Of a stretch of DNA of 64,000 nt, positions 11,571 through 25,921 are shown piece by piece. Source of the DNA: Felis catus (taxonomy: Eukaryota); NCBI RefSeq assembly GCF_018350175.1, contig NC_058368.1, positions 132,372,001-132,436,000 of the forward strand. The letters run 5' to 3'. A model generated the notes under the pieces. That model searched no databases and was not told the DNA's origin. It worked only from the letters and a program-made list of their open reading frames with translations. Within the stretch, counting starts at the first letter, position 1. Each line of letters begins with the position of its first letter. A program made the position numbers and the translations under genes.

Positions 11571-14359
11571 AAACATGACTTGAAATTAATTTTGTTTCCT
11601 CCCTCCCCACTAGAAAGGTTCACTAAGCATAGACTTACACTGAGAAAGTATTATTATTTTTAGTCACCTTTCACTTAATAAACATTCAGACTCATAAATA
11701 TATAATCATTATTCTTCTACAACTCTGTGGAAAAGAAGTACTTACACGCTGAAGGAGGAAACCCAGAACACATTTGAAGGGCTTCAAGGAGTATTGCCCG
11801 ATAAGCAACAAATGACTCCTTAATTTACATGCTACACTCAAGTTGGGTAGATAATATGCTTACTTTTTTCGGAAAACTATTGAACAACTTATTTTACATA
11901 TTTGAATTGCCCTGAGGACCTTGCTACACAAAAAAGTCTGTCGCTATCTGGCCATCCTGAGGACTTCTTAGAGAGTTACCTGTGAGAAGGTCAAAGAGTA
12001 TGTTCAGTCTATACGGAATTGCCACATGTACAAAAAGTAGGAAACCCAAGCTTTTTCCCAGCTAGACTAAGAATCACAGCCAAAATACTAAAGAAAAAAA
12101 AAATGAGGAAGTGAGAAAGTGCCATTGGAAGAAGTAGGGTTGGTCAATGGGAAAAGAGAAAAAGAAAGTGAACATGAGATTAAAAATAAATACACTTTAT
12201 ATATAATATTATTGACCATAATAATACTGACTGATTAATAAGAATGAACCAACCCTAAGTAATAGGGTAACATTAAATTTAAATCATTAAACTGGAGACA
12301 TTTTAAAAGAAAGTCAATAATATGGAAAGTTAGGAATACATTTGGCATAGAAAAAAATATACAATAATTCTATTTGAATTATCAAGAGTTTATAAACAAA
12401 ATAAACTATTACACACTATGTACTCCAATCATGTCTAATTTTATAGGTAATATTTTAAGACAGTAGGTATTCTAACAACTGTCATTCAACATTTAAGGCA
12501 TTACTATGGTACGTTCCATAAAGTCACAAAATCATACTTACTAATTTGTCTTAAGTTTAACAAAATTTTGTCTAGTCCACAAAATTCATTATCAAAATCG
12601 GTTTATAACTTCAACTATCACTACAATAGCTAACTTCAGCAATCATTATTAACATTAGTTTACTCTTCTGAATGAGCCAAAATTAACTTAAATAACTTAA
12701 AATTATCTTTACTAAAAGCAAATGGAAATTTAAGAATAAACCATCTTTGAGAGAGGTGAGACATGAAGCCGAAAACAGAGATTGGTCCAAAGTCTGTATA
12801 CAAAAGGTTAGGTACTCCTGCGAACTCAGAAAAGTCCTCCTCCACACCCCTGACCTCCAGTTTTGTTCTCCAAAGAAATGAAAGTAGAGAGGCTTAGTTT
12901 TGAGTATATCTAACCCAGTGGTAGGCAAAGGCAAAGCCTAATACTAAAAACAATGACAATAAGTTTACTTGGAACCTGGTCACCCACTTCTCTATCTCGC
13001 TTTCAGAACACTTGAAATAAGGCAGGAAACTATTGGGTTATTTTCTGGAACAACTGAATGGTCACAAAGAAAAGACCCGTAGACAGTGACATTTTTGCTT
13101 CCCCCAGAAAAAAGTCAGCCAAACTCCAATCACCCTAAGGGAAATTCTCCCAAAAAGTCCTATCCAATGTAAATAAGGATCCCAACTGATACTTTTTCAA
13201 TATGAACAGACAACCAAAGGGGGTTAAAAAATGGGAAAGCAAACACAAACAGGGGGAAAAAAGTACATGTATATGCACTCGTAGCAAATATTCTTATACA
13301 AGCCAAATTCTTTCCCACCTCATTTACTTATTAGCGTTTATTTATTATTTGCATGTACTATTTTTTCCCTTTGCCTAAAACTCATGCCATTGTCATTCTC
13401 TTCCTCCAGTGTGGCTGACTCCTCATCCTTCAGTTCTCAATTTTTTTTAAAGTATGCCTAACGTGGGGCTTGAACTCATGACCTCGAGATCAAGAGTCAC
13501 ATGCTCTACCCACTGAGCCACTCAGGTGCCCCAAATTGACCATATCATTTACCTTATCAAAAAGATTTTTCTACCACCTTATGTAGTTTGTCTCTCTTTG
13601 TCTCTACCCTAATACATATCATGCATTAAAATTATGTATTTCTTTGTCTACTTATTCATAGTCTATTTCTCTCTAGAGTGAAAGCCAAGAGCTTAGACTT
13701 TCATCTATCTTATTTGCTGTTATATGATCCCCAAAACTTAAATGTAGTAAGTGCTCAATAAATGTTTGTTGAATGTCTCAATAAATGAATACATGCAAAT
13801 TTGTGGTATTTTGGGGGGAAGACTGTAATCTCTATACCCCTCAAAATTACTTTTAATAGTTTTCCTACTCTTTCTTCCAGCATTTCCACTATAGTCCTAT
13901 AAAGCCCTAGACTACTGTCTTAGTCTTTGCTTTCTCAACATTCTTTGGTATCAGGAAAATGGAGAAACAATTTATTATTATTTTATTTTTTATGTTCATT
14001 TATTTATGTCTTGTGTTTTTATTAGAACAAAACTTGAAATCTACAGTTCTGGCTTTTCTGCTTAGACAATAAGCATCATATAATGCAGTGAATACATTAA
14101 CTAAAGATAGAAGAGAAACAGAACAATTATAAAAGAGTTCTAAAAGCACAGTTCAATAGGACATAATGTCATCAGTTTACAGTATTTCATGAATACTGAA
14201 AATCAAGAACAGTAATCAGCCAAGCAATGGAATTCTGACTTGACTTTACATTTTGAGGATAAACTTCATATAGGTACACTGAATAAAACAAAAGCATTTA
14301 GCAAATGTTTTTATAACCAAACTCTTAAAACAATACTACAAAAACTGTATGTATACTTC

Positions 14360-15968
14360 AATGTTATTATATGTTTATATTTGAGAGAGAGAAAGACAGA
14401 GGTGAGTGGGAGAGGGGCAGAGAGAGGGAAACACAGAATCCAAAGCAGACTCCAGGCTGTGAGCTATCAGCAAAGAGCCCAATGCAGGGCTCGAACCCAC
14501 AAACTGTGATATCAAGACCTAAGCCAAAGTCGGACACTCAACCAAATGAGCCACTCAGGTGTTCCAGAAACAATTTATTTTTTGAAGGAACTTTTGAAAA
14601 TTACTGTACCATTTTAATTGTATCTTTCAGGCCCCCAAGCCCATTTGGAAAGTTAAACCCAGATCTCCAGAGAAATGGTGTGGTAGGCAGTATCCCCTAA
14701 ATACTTCACATAGCTTTGCATGAACTATAATTCCTATTCTTCCCCTTTAATACTGTATTTAAGTACGCATGTTTTGCTAATTTAGCTCATGACATATGTA
14801 AATTAACAATTAAGAGACAGGGCTAAAAGTATGGGAGATTAGCAAACAAAAAATAACATAAAATGAGGAAACAATTTGTGGAAAGCTGAACCTTGCATAT
14901 ATTAATTTCCCAATGTTGTTATTAATATCTTTTTAAACATTTTAATGTTTATTTTTTTTTCAACGTTTTATTTTTTATTTTTGGGACAGAAAGAGACAGA
15001 GCATGAACGGGGGAGGGGCAGAGAGAGAGGGAGACACAGAATCGGAAACAGGCTCCAGGCTCTGAGCCATCAGCCCAGAGCCTGACGCCAGGCTCGAACT
15101 CACGGACCGCGAGATCGTGACCTGGCTGAAGTCGGACACTTAACCGACTGCGCCACCCAGGCGCCCCTTTTAATGTTTATTTTTGAGAGAGCGAGAGTAA
15201 GTGAGCAGAGTGGGGGAGGAGCAGAGAGAGAGGGAGACACAGAATCCGAAGCTGGCTCCAGGCTCCAGGCTTGGAGCTGTCAGCACAGAGCCCAACGTGG
15301 AGCTCTAACTCACGAACTGCAAGATCATGACCTGAGCCGCAGTCAAATGCTAAACCGACTGAGCCAACCAGACGTCCCTAAGTTATTAATTTCTTGATAT
15401 TAGCTACCTAATTGAAACACAGGATTGTGAGATTGTGAGAGAAGTGGGCAAAATACTCAAATGTCACATTTTATTGTTCTGGAAAGACTTTCCAGCTATT
15501 TCTGTCAACATTTCCTTAACATTGACCAATTATTAACGTGCTGAGAATTCATGAAATGAGAAAGATATCATTTGAGGGGATGCTAGTCTTTGATAAATTG
15601 GGGGAGTAGGGTAGGAGGGATATAGTCAATTTAGTAAATACTCTCCTAAAATAATCCAATGTGAAAATTTAATCAAAAAGAAGAACTTCTAATACATGTC
15701 TCTAAATGAGTTTGCTTCTTCTTTATTCCTCAAGCCTCTTTTCTCTCTTTCTTTCTCCTTTACCCTTTTACCTCATTCATCCAGAACACCTCATCTCCCA
15801 ACATCTGAGCTCAGATTATCATCTGGCATTCAGTTCTTTGGGATAAGTTAAAAAAGAAAGTGAAATGCTAATTCAAATAGTTCTAAAAAGCCTTTTTGAA
15901 CTGGAGAGAAAAGAGGCATTGAATTTTTTCCACCCATTTTCCACTGCTTTGCATATATTAGCACTTCA

Positions 15969-16019
<51 letters not shown>

Positions 16020-16704
16020 ATCCTCCACAACCTTGCAAGCAGCATTTTTCAAATCTGATCATGTCACTTCTCCACTTGAATTTTAGCAATGTCATCCTTT
16101 AAATAAAGAAAATAAAAGTTAATTTTCTTTTTTATATCTTGTTTTCTTGATCTTTTTAAACACAAAGGAAGTAATGCTTTATGAATTAATCTGTAATTTT
16201 TTTGCCTGCTTTACTTTATTTCTGGAAGAATTTTCCCATGTCCATAAATTCTTTCTTTTTTTACTTTTTAAACATTTATTTATTTTTGAGAGACAGAGAG
16301 AGACAGAGCATGAGCAGGAGATGGGCAGAGAGAGGAGACACAGAATTCGAAGCAGGCTCTTCTTAGCTGTCAGCACAGAGCCTGACGCGGGGCTCCAACT
16401 CGCAAACTGCAAGATCATGACCTGAGCCAAAGTTGGACGCTTAACCGACTGAACCACCCAGGCGCCTCTCCATGTCCATAAATTTTTTTTTTAATTTTTT
16501 TCAACGTTTATTTATTTTTGGGACAGAGAGAGACAGAGCATGAACGGGGGAGGGGCAGAGAGAGAGGGAGACACAGAATCGGAAACAGGCTCCAGGCTCT
16601 GAGCCATCAGCCCAGAGCCCGACGCGGGGCTCGAACTCACGGACTGCGAGATCGTGACCTGGCTGAAGTCGGACGCTTAACGGACTGCGCCACCCAGGCG
16701 CCCC
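14360..16704 (-). mobile_element. Five minus-strand CAN-SINEs (14360-14565, 14950-15167, 15168-15379, 16251-16467, 16485-16704)
   Basis: Reverse-complement SINE consensus; two are of the young CpG-rich feline subfamily. Confidence 0.9.
15970..16016. repeat. (CA)n microsatellite
   Basis: Uninterrupted CA run. Confidence 0.97.
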
Positions 16705-17726
16705 ATCCATGTCCATAAATTTTTGATTAGCATTGCATAATATGGATATACTTTACCTGTGTACAAAGAGGATCCCATTGTTTTTACTAACTAAAAAACA
16801 AAAGAAATCTATTTAAATACTCAGAAATAGGGGAAATGGTTATTTTTATACCGTGATGCTAAACTTATAAGCATGCATACAAAATGGTCTGGCCCCTGCA
16901 ACTTCTCTAATATTATTGGATATCAATCTCCCCTTTGCTCACTACATTTCACTTCTTTCCCTCAAACCTGACAAACTCATTCTTTGACTTACTCACCACT
17001 GAACTGAACACTCAGCAACTAACAGCACAATGACATTTTTTACAATGACATATTTTCATCAATTCAAAAACACAGGTTGAATAAATGAGTCAGTAAATTA
17101 ATTTCTGTCTAACCTCATTACACATAATTTGTCACCCACATTTTCCATCCTAAAAACTGAGCTTTTATTTCCCCAAATTAGACTACTTTCTCACTCACAT
17201 TTTCCATATCACTGCACATGCTTTCTTGAACAGGCACCCATCATTTATCCAGTTTCCTACAGAACTTTCAAGTCCCTAAATGAAGTTATGCTTGGATTCT
17301 CCTACATGTAAAGTTGGGTGCTGCTTCTATGATTCCACTATACTTTGTCTTCTCAAAACCTGATTTGTGTCTAACGTATAGTTAATAATAGTTCCAAATT
17401 ATTATTATGCCTCCCTACAGGTGCCTAGCATTGTACCCAATATTCACATTATGTCATTAATACCACACCATCCTACAAGTTCAGAAAGCTTTGGTATTCA
17501 GCCCCAGGTCACCAACTAACTGATGTAATATCAGGGGTGGATTCAAGGTCTGTGTGACTCCAAAGCACACTTTGCACTATTCAAGAATATCTATGCAATA
17601 AATACTTGAATAATATACTCCTCAGAGTAAGTATCTGATTTTGCAGGAAAAAAATGTTCATCTTTACTTTTTATATAAATGGAATAAAAGAAATGCAATT
17701 AAGTCAAATAAAAGTACATATTTCTT

Positions 17727-18252
17727 TAAAGGAGACAAATAGCTACTAAGCACAAGAAACAATGCTCAACAGAGCCTTCAAGAAAACCCAAATCAAAACC
17801 ACAATAAACTACTAGTTCATACTCACTAGAAATACTGCAACCCAAAAGACAGACAATAAAAAGTGTTGGCCAGGCTATGCAGAGATTTGAACACTTATAC
17901 AGTGCTGGTGGGAATATAAATAGTGCACCCACTTTGGAAAACAGTCTGGCATTTCCTCAAAAGGTTAATACAGAGTTACCATGTGACCCAGCAATTCCAC
18001 CCTGGGTAGATACTCAAGAGAAGTATCCATCCAGGAAGTATCCATGAAGGATGAAAGGATGAATAAAATGCGGTAAAATGTGGCATATATATAAAATAGA
18101 ATATTATTCAGCCATAAAAAAGAATGGAGTACTGATACATGCTACAACATTGATGAACCTTGAAAACAGTCTGAGTCAAAGAAGTAAGGGGGGAGGTGGT
18201 GAGAGCTAATAAGTACAGGTTTCATTTTGGGGTGATGGAAATTTTTTTTTTT

Positions 18253-18317
<65 letters not shown>

Positions 18318-18580
18318 CTTAAGCAGGCTCCACGCTCAGCATGGAGCCTGACATGGGGCTTGATCTCATGGCCATGAGATCATAACTTAGTTGAACTCAA
18401 GAGTAAGATGCTTAACCAACTGAGCCAGCCAGGCACCCTGGGGTGACGGAAGTATTCTAAGATAGACAGTGGTGATGGCTGTATAACTCTGTAAATATAC
18501 CGAAAAACAATTGAATCCTACACATTAAATGGGTGAATGTATGGTGTATGACTTATGTATCAATAAAAATGTTACAAGGG
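17727..18580 (+). mobile_element. L1MB-like 3' end with nested minus-strand SINE (18242-18438)
   Basis: actttggaaaacagtctggcatttcctcaaaagg...atgctacaacattgatgaaccttg. SINE TSD ggggtgatggaa / ggggtgacggaa. Confidence 0.85.
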
Positions 18581-21500
18581 GAAAAAAAAGAAACTGATGG
18601 AACTGGATCTACCCTTGATTTTATTCATCTGTGATATGGGAGAAAAAAATATATTACAAAGAGACACTAATTAAAGGTAGAAGCAAATGACAAGTCAAGT
18701 TCTTAATACATAAATGCACAAACTACCTCTTTAAATCCTCCATTGTTATTTATTAGTAACATTTTTAAAATACTAAAATAACATGAATTTGGGTCCAATA
18801 ATAATTACTAACTTACTGATAACAAACACTAATTGCCATTTATACTGTATTCAGCATTATAAAGCTAAGCACTACATTAGGCAAATTGGAATAAACTGGA
18901 ACTCTCCCCACACTGCTTTAGTGTCTGTAAACTGGTAAAATCACATTGTAGAGCAGGTAGCCAGTACTTAGTAGAGCTTAGTACTTACTCAATAAGACCT
19001 AACAATTCTACAACTATGTATTTACACTAGAGAACTTCTCATATATACTTAAAGAGACAGATAAAAAGACACTGATTGCAGTACAGTTTATAATAAAAAA
19101 GTTGGAAAAAATGTAAACGCTCATCAGTAAATGTGAATATTCATACTATACAGTAGTTTAAATGAGTTAAATAGACCTATGTATATCAAATAGATAAATC
19201 CTGAAAACAAAAATAAATGAGTTTTAAAAAACAAAAGGGATAATTGCAGTTTTGTAGACAATGCAATTAAAACACAAAATCAAATACAAAGTTAATTTAA
19301 AATATCAAATGCAAAATAACATTTTACATTTATATGTTTTTTAATATTTTATGTAACCATAATCTTTGGATACATATGCTGATGCAGCAAAAGCACAAAA
19401 ACATGTATGTGAAGGATCCACACAAACTTCAGTAGTTTGAAGACAATAGTTACTTGAGGCGAAAAAATGAAGGAGTAGAAGTGGAGTGCAGGAAAGCCTC
19501 CAACTTTAAGAACAAGGATTATTTTTTCAAAGAATTCAAAGCAAATATTATAAAAGTTTACATTTCCTAAATCAATGTATCTATTATATTATTTTCTGTG
19601 TTTTTTTAGGTTTATTTATTTATCTTGAGAGAGACAGGAAGAGACAGAGAGGGAGGGAGGGGCAAGGAAAGAGGGAAAGAGAGAATCCCAAACAGGCTCT
19701 ATGCTATCAGTGCAGAACCCAACGCAGGGCTCAAACCCATGAACCGTGAGATCATGACCTGAGCTGAAATCAAGAGTAGGAGGCTCAACCGATTGAGCCA
19801 CCTAGCCACCCTTCAGTTTTGGAATGTTGTAAATTAGCTAATGGTATTATACCAAAGTTAATGTCCTGTTTTGAAAACTATATTATTGTTATATAAGATG
19901 CTAACTAACATTAGAAGCCAGGTGAAGGTCATAAACTCTGTGCTTTTTTTGTAATTCTATAATTAGTCCAAAATAAAAAGACTAAAATGTTTAAAATAAA
20001 AACAATAAAATATCAAAAGAAAGTATGTATTTATAGGGGCACCTGGCTGGCTCACTAGTAGAGTGTGAAACTCTAAATCTCAGGGTTGTGAGTTCAAGCC
20101 CCATGTTGGGTATAGAGATTACTTAAAAAAATAAAAACTCTCATGGCACCTGGGTGGCTCAGTCAGTTAAGTGTCCAACTCTTGATTTCAGCTCAGGTCA
20201 TAATCTCTGGTTCATGAGATTGAGCTGCATCCTGACAGTGTGAAGCCTGCTTGGGACTCTCTCTCTCTCCCTCTCTGTATGCCCCTTCCCCACTCGTGCA
20301 CACACACACTCTCTCTCAAAATAAATAAATATTTTTAAAAATAAAAAAATCTTTAAAAAATGTACATACTCATACACATGAAATAGTCTATTATCCTTAT
20401 TACTGTTATCTCTAGAAACCAATATTATTTAATAAGTTTGAAGATTTTTTTAAAAGCCCAATTAAGGGATGAAAGGCCAAAAATTTGTCTTGTCAAGTTT
20501 GCTCCCTCATCAGCAAACTGTGACCTTATTTCAATGTGTACCTTATTTTATCTTAGTATGGAAACCTAAAGTTGGAAGAAATATTGAAAGAATAGTATCA
20601 ATGTCCCAACTTCAAGGGAAGCCTTTACCCAAGTCATTGCAGAAAGACAGCTGTATTCCTTTGTTTAAAAATCCTTCCACATGGAAATAGCATTAACTTT
20701 ATTAACAATGCATTTCAAACCTTCCAGTCAAGAAAGTATTTATCTGTTTATTATCTACTGTCTCCATACATTAGAAAGTAAGATCCATGAAAGCAGAGAA
20801 TTTTTCCAGTTCACACCAGATCTCAGCAGCTAAGATAATGCCTTACACATACTAGAAATCCAATAATTTTTTAAGAAGGAGAGATAATATATGATTATTA
20901 CATATAAGATCTTATTTTTCTTGTTGCTTAATATATTTCAGTATGCACTTATCCCTTATTTGTACATTAAGTACATTTGAAGGTTTTAATTGTTCAATTT
21001 TTACTAACAGCTTATCTTAAATAATTCATTTAGTCCTTTTCCTTTAAAGGTAAAATAAAATATGTCCTTTAATACTAAACTCAAAGATACACCTGTTATT
21101 AAAATAAGGTTTAGGGGCGCCTGGGTGGCGCAGTCGGTTAAGCGTCCGACTTCAGCCAGGTCACGATCTCGCGGTCTGTGAGTTCGAGCCCCGCGTCAGG
21201 CTCTGGGCTGATAGCTCAGAGCCTGGAGCCTGTTTCCGATTCTGTGTCTCCCTCTCTCTCTCTGCCCCTCCCCCGTTCATGCTCTGTCTCTCTCTGTCCC
21301 AAAAATAAATAAACGTTGAAAGAAAAAATTAAAATAAATAAATAAATAAATAAATAAATAAGGTTTAGTTGCTAAATATAGTTATCAAAGCCTTCTATAG
21401 TGAGCAGAAAACATTCCACTTAATATAATATTCTTGTTAATTAGCTGCAAATCACCTGCTGGTTGACATTTGCCTTGTAATATACAGTCTTTGAGTTGCA

Positions 21501-22069
21501 TATTTTTACTTACATGTTGGCTTATGTGAACTCTTTCAATTTCCACAGAGTCTACCTGATGCCTTCTGACTACAAAAAAATTCTTATATTTAAATAATAT
21601 TAATATTCAGAATTAAAGTTGCCCCCCAAAACTACCTAGGGAATGTAAAGTTAAGAAAAAACTCATTATTTCTTTATTCTAATTCGAATATTTCTGAAAA
21701 TAAGCCAAACCGATTAAGAAAACATTACAGAGGAGGCAAGATACAAGAAATCATAAAACTTTTAATTAACAATATTTTAATTTGGGAGCATCTGGGTGGT
21801 TCAATCAGTTAAGCATACAACTTCAGCTCAGGTCACAATCTCACAGTTCACTGGTTCAAGCCCTGAATTGGGCTTTGTGCTGACAGTGTGAGGCCTGGAG
21901 CCTGTTTCAGATTCTGTGCCTCCCTCTCTCTCTGCCCCTCCCCTGTTCATGCTCTGTCTCTCTCTCCCTTTTTCAAAAAATAAATATTTTTAAAAAGCAA
22001 TATTTTAATTGTAATAGACTTGTATAGAATTAATATAAGTGAAACAATTTTATGAGTTTATTATTTGCA

Positions 22070-22220
22070 ATAACTATATTATTGCTATATATTATATTAT
22101 ATAGCAATATAATATAACAATAATATATTATTGTTATATTGTTATAATATTGTATATTATTATATATTATATAATATATTACTGCTATATAATAATAAAT
22201 TATATTATTACTTGCAATAT
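22070..22220. repeat. AT-rich low-complexity tract with inverted repeats
   Basis: Almost exclusively A/T; palindromes detailed in findings. Confidence 0.9.
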
Positions 22221-22416
22221 TACAGTTCATGTGCCACTTCACCAGTAATTTACAAAAACATTTGTGGGAATATATCAAGCTATCAATTACTGGCAGGGTA
22301 ACAAAATAGAAAGTAGAAAGTTACAGTCTTACAGGCTGGAGGAGAGAACAGAGTGCTGCAGAGACATGGAAGTTTTGCTTAAAAAAAGGGATAAAATCCC
22401 CAGAAAATCCCCCATA

Positions 22417-22420
22417 TCTG

Positions 22421-22461
<41 letters not shown>
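22417..22461. repeat. (TCTA)n tetranucleotide microsatellite
   Basis: tctgtctatctatcta... run. Confidence 0.95.
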
Positions 22462-23609
22462 GCATCTACAGATAGATAGAACTATGAGTCTTTGTTGGTA
22501 GAAAGAGAGAGAGAAAGAAAAAAAATCCTTAAATGGAAGGCCTACTAATAAATTTAAAAGGAATGAGAAAACATCATCAATGGATGACAAAATTGGAGGG
22601 TAAAAGAATTCTATCTATTCTTAACAGATAGAATATTTACAGAGCCTCAAAGTAATGCTTCAAAACTTATTAATTTAAAAAGGGAAAAGTCCAGGTGTGT
22701 CTGACTGGCTCAGTCAGAGCATGTGACTCTTGATCTCAGGGTCATGAGTTCAAGTTTCAGAGCTTACTTTAAAATGGTGGGGGGTGGGGGTGGAATGCAA
22801 AGGAGAAACATGACGGGCATCATGTTTAAGGACATCACTTTAACCAAGTGATCAAAATTAATACTTGAAATAATTTATATCATGTGCCTTCTGATATGGT
22901 ATACTTAAAAAAATATTACTTCAGTGTTATTCCTGAAAAGTATGTATAAGTCAAATTTAATTCTGAGGAAACATCAGGAAAATGAAAATTAAGATACATT
23001 TCATGAAAAACTCATGTACTCTTTAAAATTATCAAAGCTGGGGGTCTGGGTGGCTCAGTCAGTTGGGTGCCCAACTTCAGCTCAGGTCATGATCTCACAG
23101 CTCATGGGTTCGAGCCCCGCATCGGGCTCTGTGCTGACAGCTCAGAGTCTGGAGCCTGCTTCGGATTCTGTGTCTCCCTCTCCCTCTCTGTCCCTCCCCT
23201 GCTCACACTCTGTGTGTGTGTGTCTCTCTCTCAGAAATAAATAAACATTAAATTTTTTTTTTAATTATCAAATCCAAGATAAAAAAGATTGAGAACTATT
23301 TCAAATTAAAAGAGACTCTTGAACAAGACAAAAGAAATAAAAACAATGTGTGATGCTAGATTAAGTACTGGTCTGAGGGGGGAAATAGCTACAAGGGATA
23401 TTAGGATAATTGATAAACTCTGAATATGAAATGTATATTATTAAATAATAATTCTGTTCCAATGTTAAATGTCTTGATTTTGACAACTGTACTATGGTTA
23501 TATGAGATAATTTGTTTGTTCTTAGAATATACAAACTGAAAATTTAGGGGTAAAGGAAAGGGGTATCTCCAGATACTTCCAGATGATACACAGAAATTTT
23601 AAAATGGTT

Positions 23610-25890
23610 GCCTTGGGATTTTCACTTCCAGTCAAGCTGGAGTAATAGGGATCAAATTTACCCTCCTGCCTGAAACCATTTTAAAAATGAACAATATATA
23701 TAAAATATCATTTTGCAATACACTAGACATCAGGAAATGAAAGACAATGATCCCTGAGAAACAGCAATCAAACAAAGTAAGCTCTATCATTACCCCAGCT
23801 TACAACCTTGAAAATTTCCAGGTTCTGGTACAGACTAGGGAAAGCCAGGAGAACACAATGCAGTCATGGAGTTGAAGAGACAGAGCAGAATATGGGGCAC
23901 CATACTAGCTTAAATTTATAGGGCCAAGTATAGGAGAAGAGAAAGTTATACAAAGAGCAAATTCTGGAAACTTGCACAAGGAAACTCTTGATAATTTTTT
24001 TAAATGTTTATTTATTTATTTTGAGAGAGAGAAAAAGTGCACATGCAAGCGGTGGAGGAGCAGAGAGAGAGGGAAAGAGAAAGAATCCCAGGCAGGCCCA
24101 ATGTTGTCATCACAGAGCCCGACATGGGGCTCAATCACACAAAACGTGAGATTGTGACCCGAGCCAAAATCAAGAGTTGGACATTTAACCAACTAAGCCA
24201 CCCAGACACTCGGGAAATTCTTGACAATTCTAATCAACACATAGGTGTGAGGAAAGAACCCAAGTCCAGGGAAAGAATTATCCAACAGGATTTGAGAGGA
24301 CATAGCCCATCACTCATATAGCATGGGATTAAAGGGACTATTCCCACCCATCCCAACTAGAAAACCCCAGTATTCATAGGAATTTGTATAGGCAGTGTTC
24401 AAAAGGGACTTAGTACTGGTGATTAATTGGTCCTATACTGAACAAATCTTAAAAGCAAGACATACACAAAAAATCAAGTTCCAAGGAACCTAAGTGCATT
24501 CCAGAAATCAGAATATTTATAGGAAAACAAAAATATCCAATACCCAAAATGGTAAAACACTACAAGGTGATTTCCAATCAAAGATTACCAGGTATGCAAA
24601 GAAGCAGAAAAACACAACACATAATAAAGAGATATATATTAGTTAATTGAAAGTGATCCAGAACTGACATAGTTACTAAAATCAGCAGACAATATCTTTA
24701 AAATAGCTTTAATACTTTTCAAAGCTTTCTACGTTCCCAAGTTTATATATCTCCAAAGAGATGTGGAAAATTAAAAAAATTAAACTACTAGAAATGAAAA
24801 AACTTATACTGAGTGAGATGAAAATATAAATTGATAAGACCAATTACAGATTGGACATTGAGGGAGGAAAAAACTAATGAACTTGAAGACATAGCAATAC
24901 AAACTACCCCAAATGAAAAACACAGAGAAGAGAGAATTTAAAATAATAAACACAAAATCAGTGAGCTGTGGAGTAATTTCAATCAGCCAAATGTAAGTGC
25001 AGTTGGAGTCACCAAGAAGGAAAGGGAACAAAACCAAAAAATATATTTGGGCAAATAATGACTAAAAATTTCAAAACTGATAAAATCAGATATAAGTAGC
25101 TCAGCAACCCTAAACATGAAGAAAACTATTTCAAAACACATCATAATCAAACTGTTTAAATCAGTAACAATGTAAAGAGTTGAAAACCATGAATACCCAA
25201 ATTAATCTCATTAAAAATTTTAGGACACTCCACTCAACAACAGTGAATACACATTCTTTTCACCTGAAGTACACTTGAAACAAATGTCAAGAAAGACCAT
25301 ATTGTGGGCCATTAAACAATTCTCAACAAACTGAAAATCATTTGAGTAATACAAAGTATATTTTCTGACTGCAATAGGATTAAATTAGAAATAAAAGAAT
25401 GATCTTTGGGAGGGCAAATATTTGGAAATAAATAACACAATTCTAAAGAGTGCATGGGTAAAAAAAAGAAATACAGGGGAATTAAAAAGTATTGTGAAGT
25501 GAACAGAACCAGAAATAATACATAAACAAATTTGTGGGATGTGATAAAACTGTATTTAAAAGGAAATTTTTTAACACCGAACATATCAGAAAAAGCAGAA
25601 AGGTCACTAATCAATGACCACAGATTCCACCTTAAGCAACTACAAAAAGAAGAGCAACAATAAACTCAAGGTATAGGAATGAAGACCATAAAAATCATGG
25701 CAGAAATAAAGGAAATAGAAAACAAAAACAACAGAGAAAACCACTAAAACCAAACTTGAGAAGGTCATTAAACCTCTAGCCAGAGTGACTAGGAAAAAGA
25801 GAACAAAAATTACTGATATCAAGAAAAGAGATAATGCAGATATTAAAAGGATAACAAAATATTGTATACAACTATGTCAATACATTCTCC

Positions 25891-25921
<31 letters not shown>

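Larger units (their letters stand above)
19600..23255. mobile_element. Dispersed CAN-SINEs (-19600-19812, +20036-20130, +20145-20345, +21114-21356 young, +21784-21990, +22693-22770, +23040-23255)
   Basis: SINE consensus; the 21114 copy has TSD aaataaggttta. Confidence 0.88.
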
